Source of the DNA: Arenicella sp.
GTDB taxonomy: Bacteria; Pseudomonadota; Gammaproteobacteria; Arenicellales; Arenicellaceae
Direction of reading: 5' to 3'
Assembly (NCBI GenBank): GCA_050633585.1
Contig: JBOEGT010000036.1
Coordinates: 13,951 to 77,950, forward strand
DNA length: 64,000 bases
Shown here: piece after piece, positions 8,730 through 18,833 of the stretch
Numbering within the stretch: position 1 is the first letter of the stretch
How the letters are laid out: each line of letters opens with the position of its first letter
Translations under genes and position numbers: made by a program
The notes under the pieces: generated by a model
Database searches by the model: none
Seen by the model: only the letters and a program-made list of their open reading frames with translations
Told to the model about the DNA's origin: nothing

Positions 8730-10117
8730 TGGAAATTAATGAATTATTGGTGATTGGCATGTTCCTCACGTTCATTGCCTTTTTGTTTACAGGGATTCCT
8801 GTTGGCTATGTCTTAGCCGGTGTTGGCGTCATATTTGGTTTTTTTGGATATTTGTCCGATGTGTATTTAGGCACCATTACAGGCATAGACCTCAATACAA
8901 TGGGCTTGGTGGTATCACGTCTATTTTCACTCATGGAAAATTGGGTATTAGTCGCATTGCCGATGTTCATCTTCATGGGGTTAATGTTAGACAAGTCAGG
9001 TGTCGCTGAACGATTGATGCTCTCGATGCAAGATTTATTTGGCAAAGTGCGAGGAGGCCTGGCGATTACAGTGACGTTGATTGGGATTATTCTAGCCGCA
9101 TCGACCGGAATTATTGGTGCGTCAGTTGTACTCTTAGGGTTATTATCTTTGCCAGCAATGATGAAGCAAGGTTATAGCAAGGCGCTAGCAACTGGAACAA
9201 TTTGTAGTGCTGGAACGTTAGGCATCTTGCTGCCCCCAAGTATCATGCTTGTGATCATGGCAGATCAATTAGCGTTATCCGTTGGGGATTTATTCATGGC
9301 TGCTGTCTTTCCTGGTTTAATACTTGGCGGCTTATATTTGGCCTATATATTTATAGTGTCCTACGCTAAACCGAATATGGCGCCTCTGCCTGCAGATTAC
9401 CGAAAAATGGAATGGTCAATTGTTTGGTCTGTTCTGAAAAACATTGTGCCACCGTTATTGTTAATTTTAGCCGTATTAGGGTCAATTTTTGCAGGTATTG
9501 CAACGCCGACTGAAGCCAGTGGTATAGGGGCTTTGGGAGCGACTTTATTAGCAGCCTATAATAAGCAACTCAATGTGAGTGTGTTTAAAGAAGTCAGCTT
9601 AGATGCTTATCGCACAACGGCCTATATTTTTATGATTTTCATCGGTGCGACAATGTTTGCGTTGGTGTTACGAGAGTTAGGTGGTGATGAACTGATTGAA
9701 CGAGGTTTAACCAGCTTACCTTTTGGGCCCTATGGTGTGTTGATTTCTATTTTATTGATCGTTTTCTTATTGGGTTTCTTATTAGATTGGATAGAAATCA
9801 CCTTGATCGTATTGCCATTATTAGCCCCGGTTATTATGGGTATGGATTTTGATGTAAATGGTTATGGCACTATTGATGAGCCAGTAGTCATTTGGTTTGT
9901 CATGCTGGTTGCCATCACGTTGCAAACGTCTTTTTTAACCCCGCCAGTAGGGTTTGCCTTGTTTTATTTAAAAGGGGTATGCCCGCCTGAAGTGAAGCTG
10001 ACAGATATCTATAAAGGTGTCACACCATTTATTGTTTTGCAGCTCATTGGGTTATCGATTGTTGTGTTATATCCATCGTTAACAACATGGCTTCCAGCCA
10101 TCGTGTATGGCAATTAA
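8726..10117 (+). CDS. dctM: TRAP transporter large permease, DctM
   Basis: 463-aa polytopic protein. It is a paralog of the gene at 2431..3753. Confidence 0.8.
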   Translation: MMEINELLVIGMFLTFIAFLFTGIPVGYVLAGVGVIFGFFGYLSDVYLGTITGIDLNTMGLVVSRLFSLMENWVLVALPMFIFMGLMLDKSGVAERLMLSMQDLFGKVRGGLAITVTLIGIILAASTGIIGASVVLLGLLSLPAMMKQGYSKALATGTICSAGTLGILLPPSIMLVIMADQLALSVGDLFMAAVFPGLILGGLYLAYIFIVSYAKPNMAPLPADYRKMEWSIVWSVLKNIVPPLLLILAVLGSIFAGIATPTEASGIGALGATLLAAYNKQLNVSVFKEVSLDAYRTTAYIFMIFIGATMFALVLRELGGDELIERGLTSLPFGPYGVLISILLIVFLLGFLLDWIEITLIVLPLLAPVIMGMDFDVNGYGTIDEPVVIWFVMLVAITLQTSFLTPPVGFALFYLKGVCPPEVKLTDIYKGVTPFIVLQLIGLSIVVLYPSLTTWLPAIVYGN

Positions 10118-10140
10118 GTTGGATGAAACGCTTTGGAACA

Positions 10141-10920
10141 TTATGAATCATCCAAGAGTTGGGCTCTGATTAAACGCTGTTCTTGTCGTTCAATCTCAAG
10201 AATACGATCGCGCTTGTCTCTGACATGGTCCATGGCGGCACGAGCAGCACTGTCAGGTTTTCGGTCAATAATGGCATTAAAGATCAGGCGATGATAAGCC
10301 TGAATCTGTTGTCTAGATCTTTCATGATGGTAAAGATTGCTAACGGTAACAACAACGCTGTTTTGAATGAGTTGCATGAGGTTTTGTAATGTATGAATCA
10401 AAACGGGGTTATGAGATGCGGCGTAAATTGAACGATGAAATTCATGGTCTAACTGTGCGGCATCCAGCATTTCAGCGTTGTTTGCATAGGCTTCATCCAT
10501 GGTATTGAATGCTTTGGTGATGCGATATAGGTCTTTTTCAGTTGCACGTTCAGCGGCGAGTTTGGCCGCTTGACCTTCTAAGAGTTCACGGACTTCGAGA
10601 AGATCAAAAAGCATTCGCGGGTGGTCATCATAGACTTTATTTAAGGTATTCGTTTCGGAGGAATTTTCTAAAAAGTTGCTAACAAAAGATCCTTTTCCAT
10701 GAACTGTATGAATGACACCGCGACCACGTAGTTCTTTGATGGCTTCTCTTACAACGGGTCTAGATGCATTTAAGCGTTCGCAGAGTTGTCTTTCAGAGGG
10801 TATTTTTTCACCGGGTTGTAAAAATCCATCGACAATTAAGCCTTCGATTTGTTGCATGATTTTTGAGCTGGATGACGCCGAAGTGTTTTTGTTTGACATT
10901 TTATTGAAAAAACTGGTCAT
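10141..10920 (-). CDS. glcC: GntR/FadR-family regulator, GlcC-like (glycolate operon regulator candidate)
   Basis: The GntR HTH (KIPSERQLCERLNASRPVVREAIKELRGRGVI) is followed by an FCD domain. The gene is divergent from glcB-glcG-glcDEF, the arrangement seen for E. coli glcC. Confidence 0.7.
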   Translation of the reverse strand: MTSFFNKMSNKNTSASSSSKIMQQIEGLIVDGFLQPGEKIPSERQLCERLNASRPVVREAIKELRGRGVIHTVHGKGSFVSNFLENSSETNTLNKVYDDHPRMLFDLLEVRELLEGQAAKLAAERATEKDLYRITKAFNTMDEAYANNAEMLDAAQLDHEFHRSIYAASHNPVLIHTLQNLMQLIQNSVVVTVSNLYHHERSRQQIQAYHRLIFNAIIDRKPDSAARAAMDHVRDKRDRILEIERQEQRLIRAQLLDDS

Positions 10921-10926
10921 ACCAGT
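10912..10926. promoter_or_regulatory. operator-like inverted repeat ACTGGTCATACCAGT (copy 1)
   Basis: ACTGGT-N3-ACCAGT matches the GntR/FadR consensus t.GT...AC.a. It overlaps the annotated start of the regulator gene. Confidence 0.5.
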
Positions 10927-10986
10927 AAGAGATTAAACATGAATAATAGCATTAAATGAGTTTTTAACTATGTTTCGTACGAATTC

Positions 10987-11001
10987 ACTGGTCATACCAG
11001 T
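10987..11001. promoter_or_regulatory. operator-like inverted repeat ACTGGTCATACCAGT (copy 2)
   Basis: An identical 15-mer lies 75 bp downstream of copy 1, in the glcC/glcB divergent promoter region. Confidence 0.5.
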
Positions 11002-11084
11002 ATTTTTGGCATGTAGACACTGGCCACTGTGCTCTCTATATTGGTGAATACATGAAACCCCTATGAAAATGAGGCACGACTCAA

Positions 11085-13250
11085 ATGACAAGCTATATCA
11101 AGAAAAATAACCTTTCAGTACATCCAGATTTAATTGAGCTGTTGGATAATCATATATTGCCAGGGTTGTCTGTATCGGCAGAGCAAGTGTGGACAGGTTT
11201 TTCGAAATTAGTTGAAGAATTAACGCCAGTGAACAAATCGTTACTGGCTAAACGCGAAGCCTTGCAAACTCAAATTGATGAATGGCACACAGCGAACCCA
11301 AATGCCTTGCCGAATAACTTTCAAGCCTATAAAGCCTTCTTACAAGAGATTGGCTATTTGGTTCCAGAAGGTGATGATTTTGCGGCGACCACAGAAAATG
11401 TTGATGCAGAAATTGCGAGTATTGCCGGGCCTCAATTAGTCGTTCCAGTGAATAACGCACGTTTTGCATTGAATGCCGCGAATGCGCGTTGGGGTAGTTT
11501 ATATGATGCTTACTATGGTACAGACGTCATTGATGAAAACGAAGGACGTGAAAAAACAGCGGCATATAACCCCATGCGTGGTAAAGCTGTGATTCAAAAA
11601 GCCGCTGAATTTCTGGACCACTCTATTCCGTTGGCTCTTGGAAAGCATGCCGAAGTTGCGGACTATCACATTGTTGAAAATCAAGTCATTGTGACATTAG
11701 AAAATGGCTCAACCTCAATGTTAAGCAATCCGGAACAATTTATCGCCAGTAACCAAAACGGGGATAAATTAGAGCTGCTATTCGAGAAAAACAATTTGCA
11801 TATTGAGGTCCAAATTGATCGAGATCATCCTATTGGTAAAGATTCGGCTGCGGGTGTTAAAGACATCGTGATTGAGTCAGCGATCAGTACCATTATGGAT
11901 TGTGAAGACTCTGTTGCTGCTGTTGACGGTGAGGATAAAGCCTTGGTGTACCGTAATTGGCTAGGCTTAATGAAAGGTGATTTACAAGAATCTTTTCAAA
12001 AAGGAGGTAAAACGATTACTCGTCAATTAAATCCAAATCGTACTTATACGGGTAAAGATGGAAATAAAGTGGAGTTACATGGCCGCAGTTTGTTATTGGT
12101 CAGGAACGTGGGTCATCTGATGACTAATCCTGCTATTTTGGACGGCCAAGGTAATCAAATTCCGGAAGGAATCATGGATGCGTTGTTCACGACGTTATGT
12201 GCGATGCATGACTTTAAAGATGATGCGCCTATTCACAATAGTCGTCAAAAAAGCATTTATATTGTTAAGCCAAAAATGCATGGACCGGATGAAGTGGCTT
12301 TTGCGAACACACTGTTTTCTCGAGTGGAAGATATGTTAGGTTTACCGCGCAATACAATGAAAATTGGTGTGATGGATGAAGAACGGCGCACGACAGTTAA
12401 TTTGAAGGAATGTATTCGTGCGGTGAAAGAGCGTATTGTGTTTATTAACACAGGGTTCTTGGATCGTACGGGTGATGAAATTCATACATCAATGCAAGCG
12501 GGCGCGTTCTTACCAAAAGAGCAAATCAAGCAAAAAACATGGATTCATGCCTATGAGGATTGGAATGTTGATACAGGCATTCAATGTGGTCTTCCTGGCG
12601 TCGCTCAAATCGGTAAAGGCATGTGGCCAAAGCCTGATGAAATGGCGCAAATGTTGGTCGCGAAAATTGATCATCCGAAGGCTGGAGCTAATTGTGCTTG
12701 GGTGCCCTCACCGACAGGTGCCACATTGCATGCTACTCACTACCACCAAGTCGATGTTTTTGCGGTTCAACAAGCATTAGCAAAACGACAAAAAGCAAAT
12801 GTAGATGATATTTTAACGGTACCATTGTTGGGTGATGTCAGTTTGACTCCCCAAGAAATACAAAATGAGTTAGATAACAACGCGCAAGGTATTTTAGGCT
12901 ATGTTGTGAGGTGGATTGATCAAGGTGTCGGTTGTTCAAAAGTGCCGGATATCAGCAACGTGGGCTTAATGGAAGACCGTGCGACACTGCGTATTTCAAG
13001 TCAATTGCTAGCGAATTGGCTTGAACACGGCATTTGTTCAGAACAAGAGGTGATGGAAGCCATGAAGCGAATGGCTCGCATTGTTGATCAACAAAATGAA
13101 AAAGATGCGAGTTACCAGAAAATGGCACCAAACTTCAATGGCGTTGCATTTAAATCAGCGTGTTCTCTTGTGTTTGAAGGGGTGAGTCAACCGAGTGGTT
13201 ATACTGAGCCATTGCTACATGCGTATCGCTTAGAGGCTAAAGCACAATAA
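11085..13250 (+). CDS. glcB: malate synthase G
   Basis: 721 aa. The length and sequence are typical of malate synthase G, and the gene heads a glc-type operon. Confidence 0.85.
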   Translation: MTSYIKKNNLSVHPDLIELLDNHILPGLSVSAEQVWTGFSKLVEELTPVNKSLLAKREALQTQIDEWHTANPNALPNNFQAYKAFLQEIGYLVPEGDDFAATTENVDAEIASIAGPQLVVPVNNARFALNAANARWGSLYDAYYGTDVIDENEGREKTAAYNPMRGKAVIQKAAEFLDHSIPLALGKHAEVADYHIVENQVIVTLENGSTSMLSNPEQFIASNQNGDKLELLFEKNNLHIEVQIDRDHPIGKDSAAGVKDIVIESAISTIMDCEDSVAAVDGEDKALVYRNWLGLMKGDLQESFQKGGKTITRQLNPNRTYTGKDGNKVELHGRSLLLVRNVGHLMTNPAILDGQGNQIPEGIMDALFTTLCAMHDFKDDAPIHNSRQKSIYIVKPKMHGPDEVAFANTLFSRVEDMLGLPRNTMKIGVMDEERRTTVNLKECIRAVKERIVFINTGFLDRTGDEIHTSMQAGAFLPKEQIKQKTWIHAYEDWNVDTGIQCGLPGVAQIGKGMWPKPDEMAQMLVAKIDHPKAGANCAWVPSPTGATLHATHYHQVDVFAVQQALAKRQKANVDDILTVPLLGDVSLTPQEIQNELDNNAQGILGYVVRWIDQGVGCSKVPDISNVGLMEDRATLRISSQLLANWLEHGICSEQEVMEAMKRMARIVDQQNEKDASYQKMAPNFNGVAFKSACSLVFEGVSQPSGYTEPLLHAYRLEAKAQ

Positions 13251-13288
13251 ACCGTTGAAGTATTAGACGATAAATAATTGAGGAAATT

Positions 13289-13717
13289 ATGATTTCAGTT
13301 AAACGATTAAGTATTGAAGATGCGCACATTTTACTAGCTGGCGCAAAAGCGAAAGCCGATGAAATTGGCGTGCCCATGTGCATTGCTATCACAGACGACT
13401 CAGGAAACCTAGTGGCATTTGAGCGCATGAATGGAGGCAAAGCACATAGTATCCAGGTTTCGATGGATAAAGCGTTTACCGCCGGTTCTGCGCGAAAAGC
13501 AACCCACGAATATAATGCGGCTAATACGCCCGGAAGTTTAGCGTTTGGTATTCACACTGAGTGTGGTGGCCGAATCAGTACGGTCGGTGGCGGATTACCT
13601 GTGCAGGTAGGTGATGACTTTGTTGGCGGTATTGGTGTGAGTTCGGGGACTCCACAGCAAGATATGGACGTTGCCCAAGCCGGGCTTGAGTATTTTCTAC
13701 ATCAAACTAGCAGTTAA
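13289..13717 (+). CDS. glcG: GlcG/DUF336 heme-binding-like protein
   Basis: 142 aa. The GGGLPV...GVSGG motif is typical of GlcG/PduO-C. The gene lies between glcB and glcD. Confidence 0.7.
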   Translation: MISVKRLSIEDAHILLAGAKAKADEIGVPMCIAITDDSGNLVAFERMNGGKAHSIQVSMDKAFTAGSARKATHEYNAANTPGSLAFGIHTECGGRISTVGGGLPVQVGDDFVGGIGVSSGTPQQDMDVAQAGLEYFLHQTSS

Positions 13718-13736
13718 CCATGATTATTTAAAGACT

Positions 13737-15239
13737 ATGAATGAAACGCTTACAGAGAAAACAGCGGTAAATCAGGATAAATTGGCGGCACGTTTTCGTC
13801 AATTTATGGATCCCGACTATGTCATTACTGACGCCGAAACACAGAAAGTGTATGAGTGTGATGGTTTAGCGGCATATTGTGAACTACCGATGGTGACCGT
13901 GTTGCCTGAAACGGTTGAACAAGTACAAAAAATCATGCGCATTTGTCATGAAAATGCGGTGCCTGTTGTGGCTCGTGGTGCGGGTACTGGCTTATCGGCG
14001 GGGGCGACTCCGAATGACTGCGGCGTATTACTGTCTTTAGCAAAATTTAATCAAATTTTAGACATAGACACTGAAGCACGTTTGGCGCGTCTTCAGCCTG
14101 GTGTGAGAAATCTAGCCGTCAGCGAAGCAGCGGCTGAATATGGTTTGTATTATGCGCCTGATCCGTCATCACAGATCGCATGCTCAATTGGAGGTAATGT
14201 CGCTGAAAACGCAGGCGGTGTGCATTGTTTAAAATATGGTTTAACCGTACATAATATAGTCAAAGTGCAAATGATCACCGTCGATGGAGAGCTCATTGAG
14301 TTAGGCAATGAGGGCTTAGACAGCTATGGTATGGACCTTTTAGCGCTAATCCATGGATCAGAAGGTTTGTTGGGTGTAGTGACTGAAGTGACCGTGAGGC
14401 TTTTGCCGACACCTGAAAAAGCACAAGTTGTGCTTGCTGGGTTTGACTCGGTAACAACGGCGGGTGACGCGGTTGCCAAAGTCATTGAGGAAGGTATCAT
14501 TCCTGGTGGTTTAGAAATGATGGATAGTTTTGCCATCATTGCGGCAGATGATTTTGCCAAAGCAGGCTATCCTCGTGATGCTAAAGCGCTTTTATTATGT
14601 GAAATCGATGGTACCGTTGAAGAAGTCGATCAATACATTGATCAAGTAGCGAAATTGTTTAAAAAGCTAGGAGCCACTTCGGTTCAAATTTCCCAAGATG
14701 AAGCGCAACGTATGTTGTTTTGGAAAGGCCGGAAATCGGCATTTCCAGCTGTGGGAAGAATTTCACCAGACTATTATTGTATGGATGGCACCATCCCACG
14801 AGGAGAGCTGTCTACTGTGTTATCTGAAATTGATCGCTTGTCTCAAGAATATGGTTTAAGAGTAGCCAATGTATTTCATGCGGGAGATGGTAATTTACAT
14901 CCGTTGATTTTATTTGATAGCAGTGTGCCAGGAGAGTTTGAAAAAACGGAAGAGTTTGGCGGTCGTATTTTAGAAGCATGCGTCGCAGCAGGGGGCTGTA
15001 TCACTGGAGAGCATGGCGTTGGATTAGAAAAAATTCGTCAAATGGCTGTGCAATTCAATGATCAAGAAATTACACAATTTCATGCTATTAAAAATGCCTT
15101 TGATCCCGTTGGTACGTTGAACCCAGGAAAAGGCATTCCAACACTTAAACGTTGTCAAGAATATCGTTCGATACGTGCTGGCAAGGAGACGTTGTCTTGC
15201 GGACATGAAGCGCACATCGAAGGAGCACACCATGCCTGA
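13737..15239 (+). CDS. glcD: glycolate oxidase FAD-binding subunit GlcD
   Basis: A FAD-binding PCMH domain is present (ARGAGTGLSAG). I set the start at the ATG at 13737 (MNETL), giving about 500 aa like E. coli GlcD. The track ORF begins further upstream at 13671. Confidence 0.8.
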   Translation: MNETLTEKTAVNQDKLAARFRQFMDPDYVITDAETQKVYECDGLAAYCELPMVTVLPETVEQVQKIMRICHENAVPVVARGAGTGLSAGATPNDCGVLLSLAKFNQILDIDTEARLARLQPGVRNLAVSEAAAEYGLYYAPDPSSQIACSIGGNVAENAGGVHCLKYGLTVHNIVKVQMITVDGELIELGNEGLDSYGMDLLALIHGSEGLLGVVTEVTVRLLPTPEKAQVVLAGFDSVTTAGDAVAKVIEEGIIPGGLEMMDSFAIIAADDFAKAGYPRDAKALLLCEIDGTVEEVDQYIDQVAKLFKKLGATSVQISQDEAQRMLFWKGRKSAFPAVGRISPDYYCMDGTIPRGELSTVLSEIDRLSQEYGLRVANVFHAGDGNLHPLILFDSSVPGEFEKTEEFGGRILEACVAAGGCITGEHGVGLEKIRQMAVQFNDQEITQFHAIKNAFDPVGTLNPGKGIPTLKRCQEYRSIRAGKETLSCGHEAHIEGAHHA

Positions 15240-16323
15240 TATTAGCCAACAATTAATTGACCAAATCAATGCCGCGACAGCGGATAAAACCCCTACTCGT
15301 ATTCAAGGTGGCGGTACTAAATTAGGGCTTGGTCGAGTGATTAACACGGAAGAAAGCCTTATTTCCACGCAAGGTCATAGCGGGATTGTTGAATATAAGC
15401 CGGTTGAATTAATCATGACTGTTCGCGGCGGGACGACATTAGCTGAAATAGATGCTGAATTAGCGAAAAATAACCAAATGTTAGCGTGTGACCCCCGTCG
15501 ATACGATGGTAAAGCAACGATTGCTGGGTCACTTGCTACGAATCAGTCTGGCCATGCAAGGCCTTGGTTTGGATCCTTAAGGGATCATGTATTAGGCATC
15601 AAATTGATCAATGGGCACGGAGAACATTTACGTTTTGGTGGCCAGGTGATGAAAAACGTTGCGGGCTATGATGTGTCACGTTTGCAAGCTGGTGCGATGG
15701 GAGCTTTTGGGTTAATTTCTGAAGTGAGCTTCAAAGTATTACCTCGACTTGAAAGTAGTGTGTCATTGAGTCAGTCTATTGATCCTCAAGAGGCTCTAGC
15801 CCTGATGAATAAGTTGGCCGGAACATCGAAACCAATTACTGCGGCTAGCTGGATAGATGGGCGTATCTATATTCGTATCGAAGGGCCTAGAAAAGCGGTG
15901 GATGCTACCAGCAAACAATGGCAATCTGAATATGGTTTGGCGTGCCTTGATGAGCCTGATGCAGTCACTCTATGGCAGTCTTTGCGTGAACATAAGCATG
16001 TGTTCTTTGAGGGTACGGAAGATGAAAAGACATTATGGAAATTTTCAGTTAATGCGGCGGCAAGCCATATTTCACCCGAACAACATTGGGCATTCGATTG
16101 GTGTGGATCACAACGCTGGTTGATAGGGGAGTTCTCTCTCGAAGAGCTAGCTGAGCATGCTAAAAGAATGGGAGGTACTGTTCAACACTACAGTGGGGGT
16201 GATCGTGACCATGATTTAGCCTTGCCACAAAACGAGGCAGTCAAACAGATAATGATCAACTTAAAGAGATCATTTGATCCTGAAAATATCTTTAACCGCG
16301 GCCGTTTATACAGCTGGCTCTAA
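15232..16323 (+). CDS. glcE: glycolate oxidase subunit GlcE (FAD-binding)
   Basis: The start at MPDISQQ overlaps the glcD stop (ATGCCTGA). About 363 aa with an FAD_binding_4 domain. Confidence 0.75.
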   Translation: MPDISQQLIDQINAATADKTPTRIQGGGTKLGLGRVINTEESLISTQGHSGIVEYKPVELIMTVRGGTTLAEIDAELAKNNQMLACDPRRYDGKATIAGSLATNQSGHARPWFGSLRDHVLGIKLINGHGEHLRFGGQVMKNVAGYDVSRLQAGAMGAFGLISEVSFKVLPRLESSVSLSQSIDPQEALALMNKLAGTSKPITAASWIDGRIYIRIEGPRKAVDATSKQWQSEYGLACLDEPDAVTLWQSLREHKHVFFEGTEDEKTLWKFSVNAAASHISPEQHWAFDWCGSQRWLIGEFSLEELAEHAKRMGGTVQHYSGGDRDHDLALPQNEAVKQIMINLKRSFDPENIFNRGRLYSWL

Positions 16324-16343
16324 AACTGATTGAAGGCAATACT

Positions 16344-17573
16344 ATGCATACTGAACTACACCCTGAGCTAGTAAATAACCCAAAGGCTGAAGATGCGAAA
16401 AGCATCATCGAAGCCTGTGTACACTGCGGTTTTTGTACAGCGACGTGCCCGACTTATCAGCATTTTAATGATGAGCGTGATGGACCACGAGGGCGTATTT
16501 ACTTGATCAAGCAATTGCTTGAAACCAACGAAGTGACAGAAAAGACCCAGACACATTTAGATCGTTGCCTCACGTGTCGTAGTTGTGAAACGACTTGTCC
16601 ATCTGGCGTGCAGTACGGGCGTTTGGTTGATATTGGTAAAGGGATGGTTGAAGAAAAAGTATCCCGTGGTGTTATGGATACTCTGTCTCGCTGGATGCTG
16701 CGTAAGCTCTTACCTTATCCAAAGCGCTTTGGTATTTTTCTGCGGTTGGGCCAGTTATTTAGGCCGTTGATGATTGGGCCGTTGAGTGTGATTGCCAAAA
16801 AAGTACCACAGAAGCAAAAACATACTCCTTGGCCGTCCACAAGCCATCCCCGCCGAATGCTAGCGTTAGCAGGCTGTGCGCAAAGTGTTGCAACGCCGAA
16901 TACTAATCAAGCCACGGCAAGAGTATTAGATAAATTAGGTATTACCTTAGTAGAAGAGCCGAATGCAGGGTGTTGCGGAGCTGTGGATTATCATCTTGGT
17001 GCGCATGATGATGGATTAAATGCCATGCGCAAAAATATTGATGCGTGGTGGCCAGCTGTTGAAGCAGGGGCTGAAGCGTTAGTGATGACAGCTTCAGGCT
17101 GCGGAGTCATGGTTGAAGAGTATGCTGAGCTGTTTGCGAATGATGCTGAATATGCTGAAAAAGCAAAGCGTATTTCAGCAATGACAAAAGATATCAGTCA
17201 AATTTTAGAAAACGAAGATTTGACGCAGTTAGGCCTTGATCAAGCCAAATTCAGAGAGATTAAAACAGCGGTTCATTGCCCTTGTACATTGCAGCATGGA
17301 ATGAAGTTGACGAATAATGTCGATAACATTCTTGAAAAAGTCGGCGTGCCGCTTGCAAATACGAAAGAAAGGCATATGTGTTGTGGTTCCGCTGGCACAT
17401 ATTCCGTCTTGCAGTCTGAAACAGCGGGAGAGTTATTGAATAAAAAACTCACCGCATTAACGGTGGATGATCCTGATCAAATTGTCACGTCTAATGTTGG
17501 TTGTCAGTTGCATTTGAATACGAAATCAACAGTCCCAGTGAAGCATTGGATAGAATTGCTTGATCAAGGCTGA
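16344..17573 (+). CDS. glcF: glycolate oxidase iron-sulfur subunit GlcF
   Basis: 409 aa. Two 4Fe-4S ferredoxin motifs (CVHCGFCTATCP and CLTCRSCETTCP) plus C-terminal CCG domains. Confidence 0.85.
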   Translation: MHTELHPELVNNPKAEDAKSIIEACVHCGFCTATCPTYQHFNDERDGPRGRIYLIKQLLETNEVTEKTQTHLDRCLTCRSCETTCPSGVQYGRLVDIGKGMVEEKVSRGVMDTLSRWMLRKLLPYPKRFGIFLRLGQLFRPLMIGPLSVIAKKVPQKQKHTPWPSTSHPRRMLALAGCAQSVATPNTNQATARVLDKLGITLVEEPNAGCCGAVDYHLGAHDDGLNAMRKNIDAWWPAVEAGAEALVMTASGCGVMVEEYAELFANDAEYAEKAKRISAMTKDISQILENEDLTQLGLDQAKFREIKTAVHCPCTLQHGMKLTNNVDNILEKVGVPLANTKERHMCCGSAGTYSVLQSETAGELLNKKLTALTVDDPDQIVTSNVGCQLHLNTKSTVPVKHWIELLDQG

Positions 17574-17595
17574 GAGGCGTGCAAATACTAAATTC

Positions 17596-18024
17596 ATGAG
17601 AAATCATTCACACATGCTAAGCCGTAGCCAACAACTTGAAAGCTCAAGCCTAGGATTTTTGGTCGGTTTTGCAGGCTTGCTTGTATTTCAATTACTGGGT
17701 GAAGTGCTTGTTAGACTCATGGGGCTGCCTGTACCAGGTCCTGTCATCGGTTTACTGTTCTTGTTGATCTTTTTGTTGTGGAGAAAGTGGCGAAAGCTAA
17801 GTGAACCAGAATCATTATTGAGTACTTCATCAATGTTGTTAACACATTTGTCGTTGTTATTTGTTCCAGCTGGGGTCGGCATTATTACCCATATAGATAG
17901 AATTAAAACGCAGTGGTTATCCATTTCAGTTGCATTAGTTTTCGCATCATTCATCACATTATTTGTCACCGCATGGAGTTTGAAGTGGTTAATTCGTTTA
18001 ATGAATAAACGAGAACCAGAATAG
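17596..18024 (+). CDS. lrgA: LrgA/CidA family holin-like membrane protein (start uncertain)
   Basis: Small four-TM protein with the LPVPGPVIGLLFLL motif typical of LrgA. The track ORF starts with TTG at 17560 and overlaps glcF. Candidate ATG starts are at 17596 and 17614. Confidence 0.65.
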   Translation: MRNHSHMLSRSQQLESSSLGFLVGFAGLLVFQLLGEVLVRLMGLPVPGPVIGLLFLLIFLLWRKWRKLSEPESLLSTSSMLLTHLSLLFVPAGVGIITHIDRIKTQWLSISVALVFASFITLFVTAWSLKWLIRLMNKREPE

Positions 18025-18094
18025 TGAATGTTAAGCCGATGTTATTTCAGTCCAAGTTATTACTGTCGTTACTTTAGAAAAAGCGAGGCCGAAC

Positions 18095-18814
18095 GTGGAA
18101 AAAGCAAACCTTGATGTATTGTGGGTATATTTATCTACCTCTCCTTTGGCCGGGCTGACAGTGACTCTTGTTGCTTATTTATTGGCTTATGGCTTACAAA
18201 AGAAAACGCAATCACACCCTTTAGCCAATACAGTTCTCGTCTCAGTGGTCATTATTCTGATAACACTGCAATTAACGAAAACGTCGTATGAAGACTATTT
18301 TGAAGGTGCTCAATTCATTCACTTTTTATTGGGCCCAGCGACAGTTGCGCTTGCCGTGCCGCTCTATCGGCAGCTCGATGATGTAAAGCAATATTTATTG
18401 CCTATTTTTTTATCGGTGTCCATAGGTATCACTGCTGGAACCGTATCTGTTGTGGGCATTTCAAAATTGCTTGGCGCTGATCTGGCTACACAAATGTCGT
18501 TATCCGTGCGATCTGTGACCGCACCTGTAGCCATGGGAATTGCCGAGAAAATAGGAGGCATTGCGTCATTGTCTGTTGTCATGGTGCTAATCACCGGTAT
18601 CTTGGGTGCAATGTTTGGTGGGAAAATTTTGCGATTGGCTGGCATAAAAAGTGACATGATGATTGCGATCGCAATGGGCAATAATTCTCATGGCATTGGC
18701 ACAGCCAGAGCATTTACTATTAATCAGCGCAAAGGCGCTTACGCGGCATTAGCGATGGCATTAGCGGTCATTTTAAATGCCATTATGTTGCCTTGGTTAG
18801 TCACTATCATTTAA
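18095..18814 (+). CDS. lrgB: LrgB/CidB family membrane protein (homolog of plant PLGG1 glycolate/glycerate transporter)
   Basis: 239-aa polytopic protein. The LrgB-like sequence includes GPATVALAVPLY and GIGTARAF. It lies immediately downstream of lrgA. Confidence 0.75.
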   Translation: MEKANLDVLWVYLSTSPLAGLTVTLVAYLLAYGLQKKTQSHPLANTVLVSVVIILITLQLTKTSYEDYFEGAQFIHFLLGPATVALAVPLYRQLDDVKQYLLPIFLSVSIGITAGTVSVVGISKLLGADLATQMSLSVRSVTAPVAMGIAEKIGGIASLSVVMVLITGILGAMFGGKILRLAGIKSDMMIAIAMGNNSHGIGTARAFTINQRKGAYAALAMALAVILNAIMLPWLVTII

Positions 18815-18833
18815 CGTCATTAGGGAAATTTTA

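Noticed and set aside
12436-12780. A 114-aa same-strand, out-of-frame ORF inside glcB, and an 88-aa ORF at 15857..16123 inside glcE.
   Set aside because: These are alternative frames of clearly conserved enzymes. Their translations are low-complexity and Cys/Arg-rich in a way typical of off-frame reads.
17560-17595. The TTG start at 17560 for lrgA, overlapping glcF by 14 nt.
   Set aside because: The ORF track translates TTG as Met. No Shine-Dalgarno sequence is evident, and in-frame ATG codons at 17596 and 17614 give an LrgA of typical length. The start is left uncertain.
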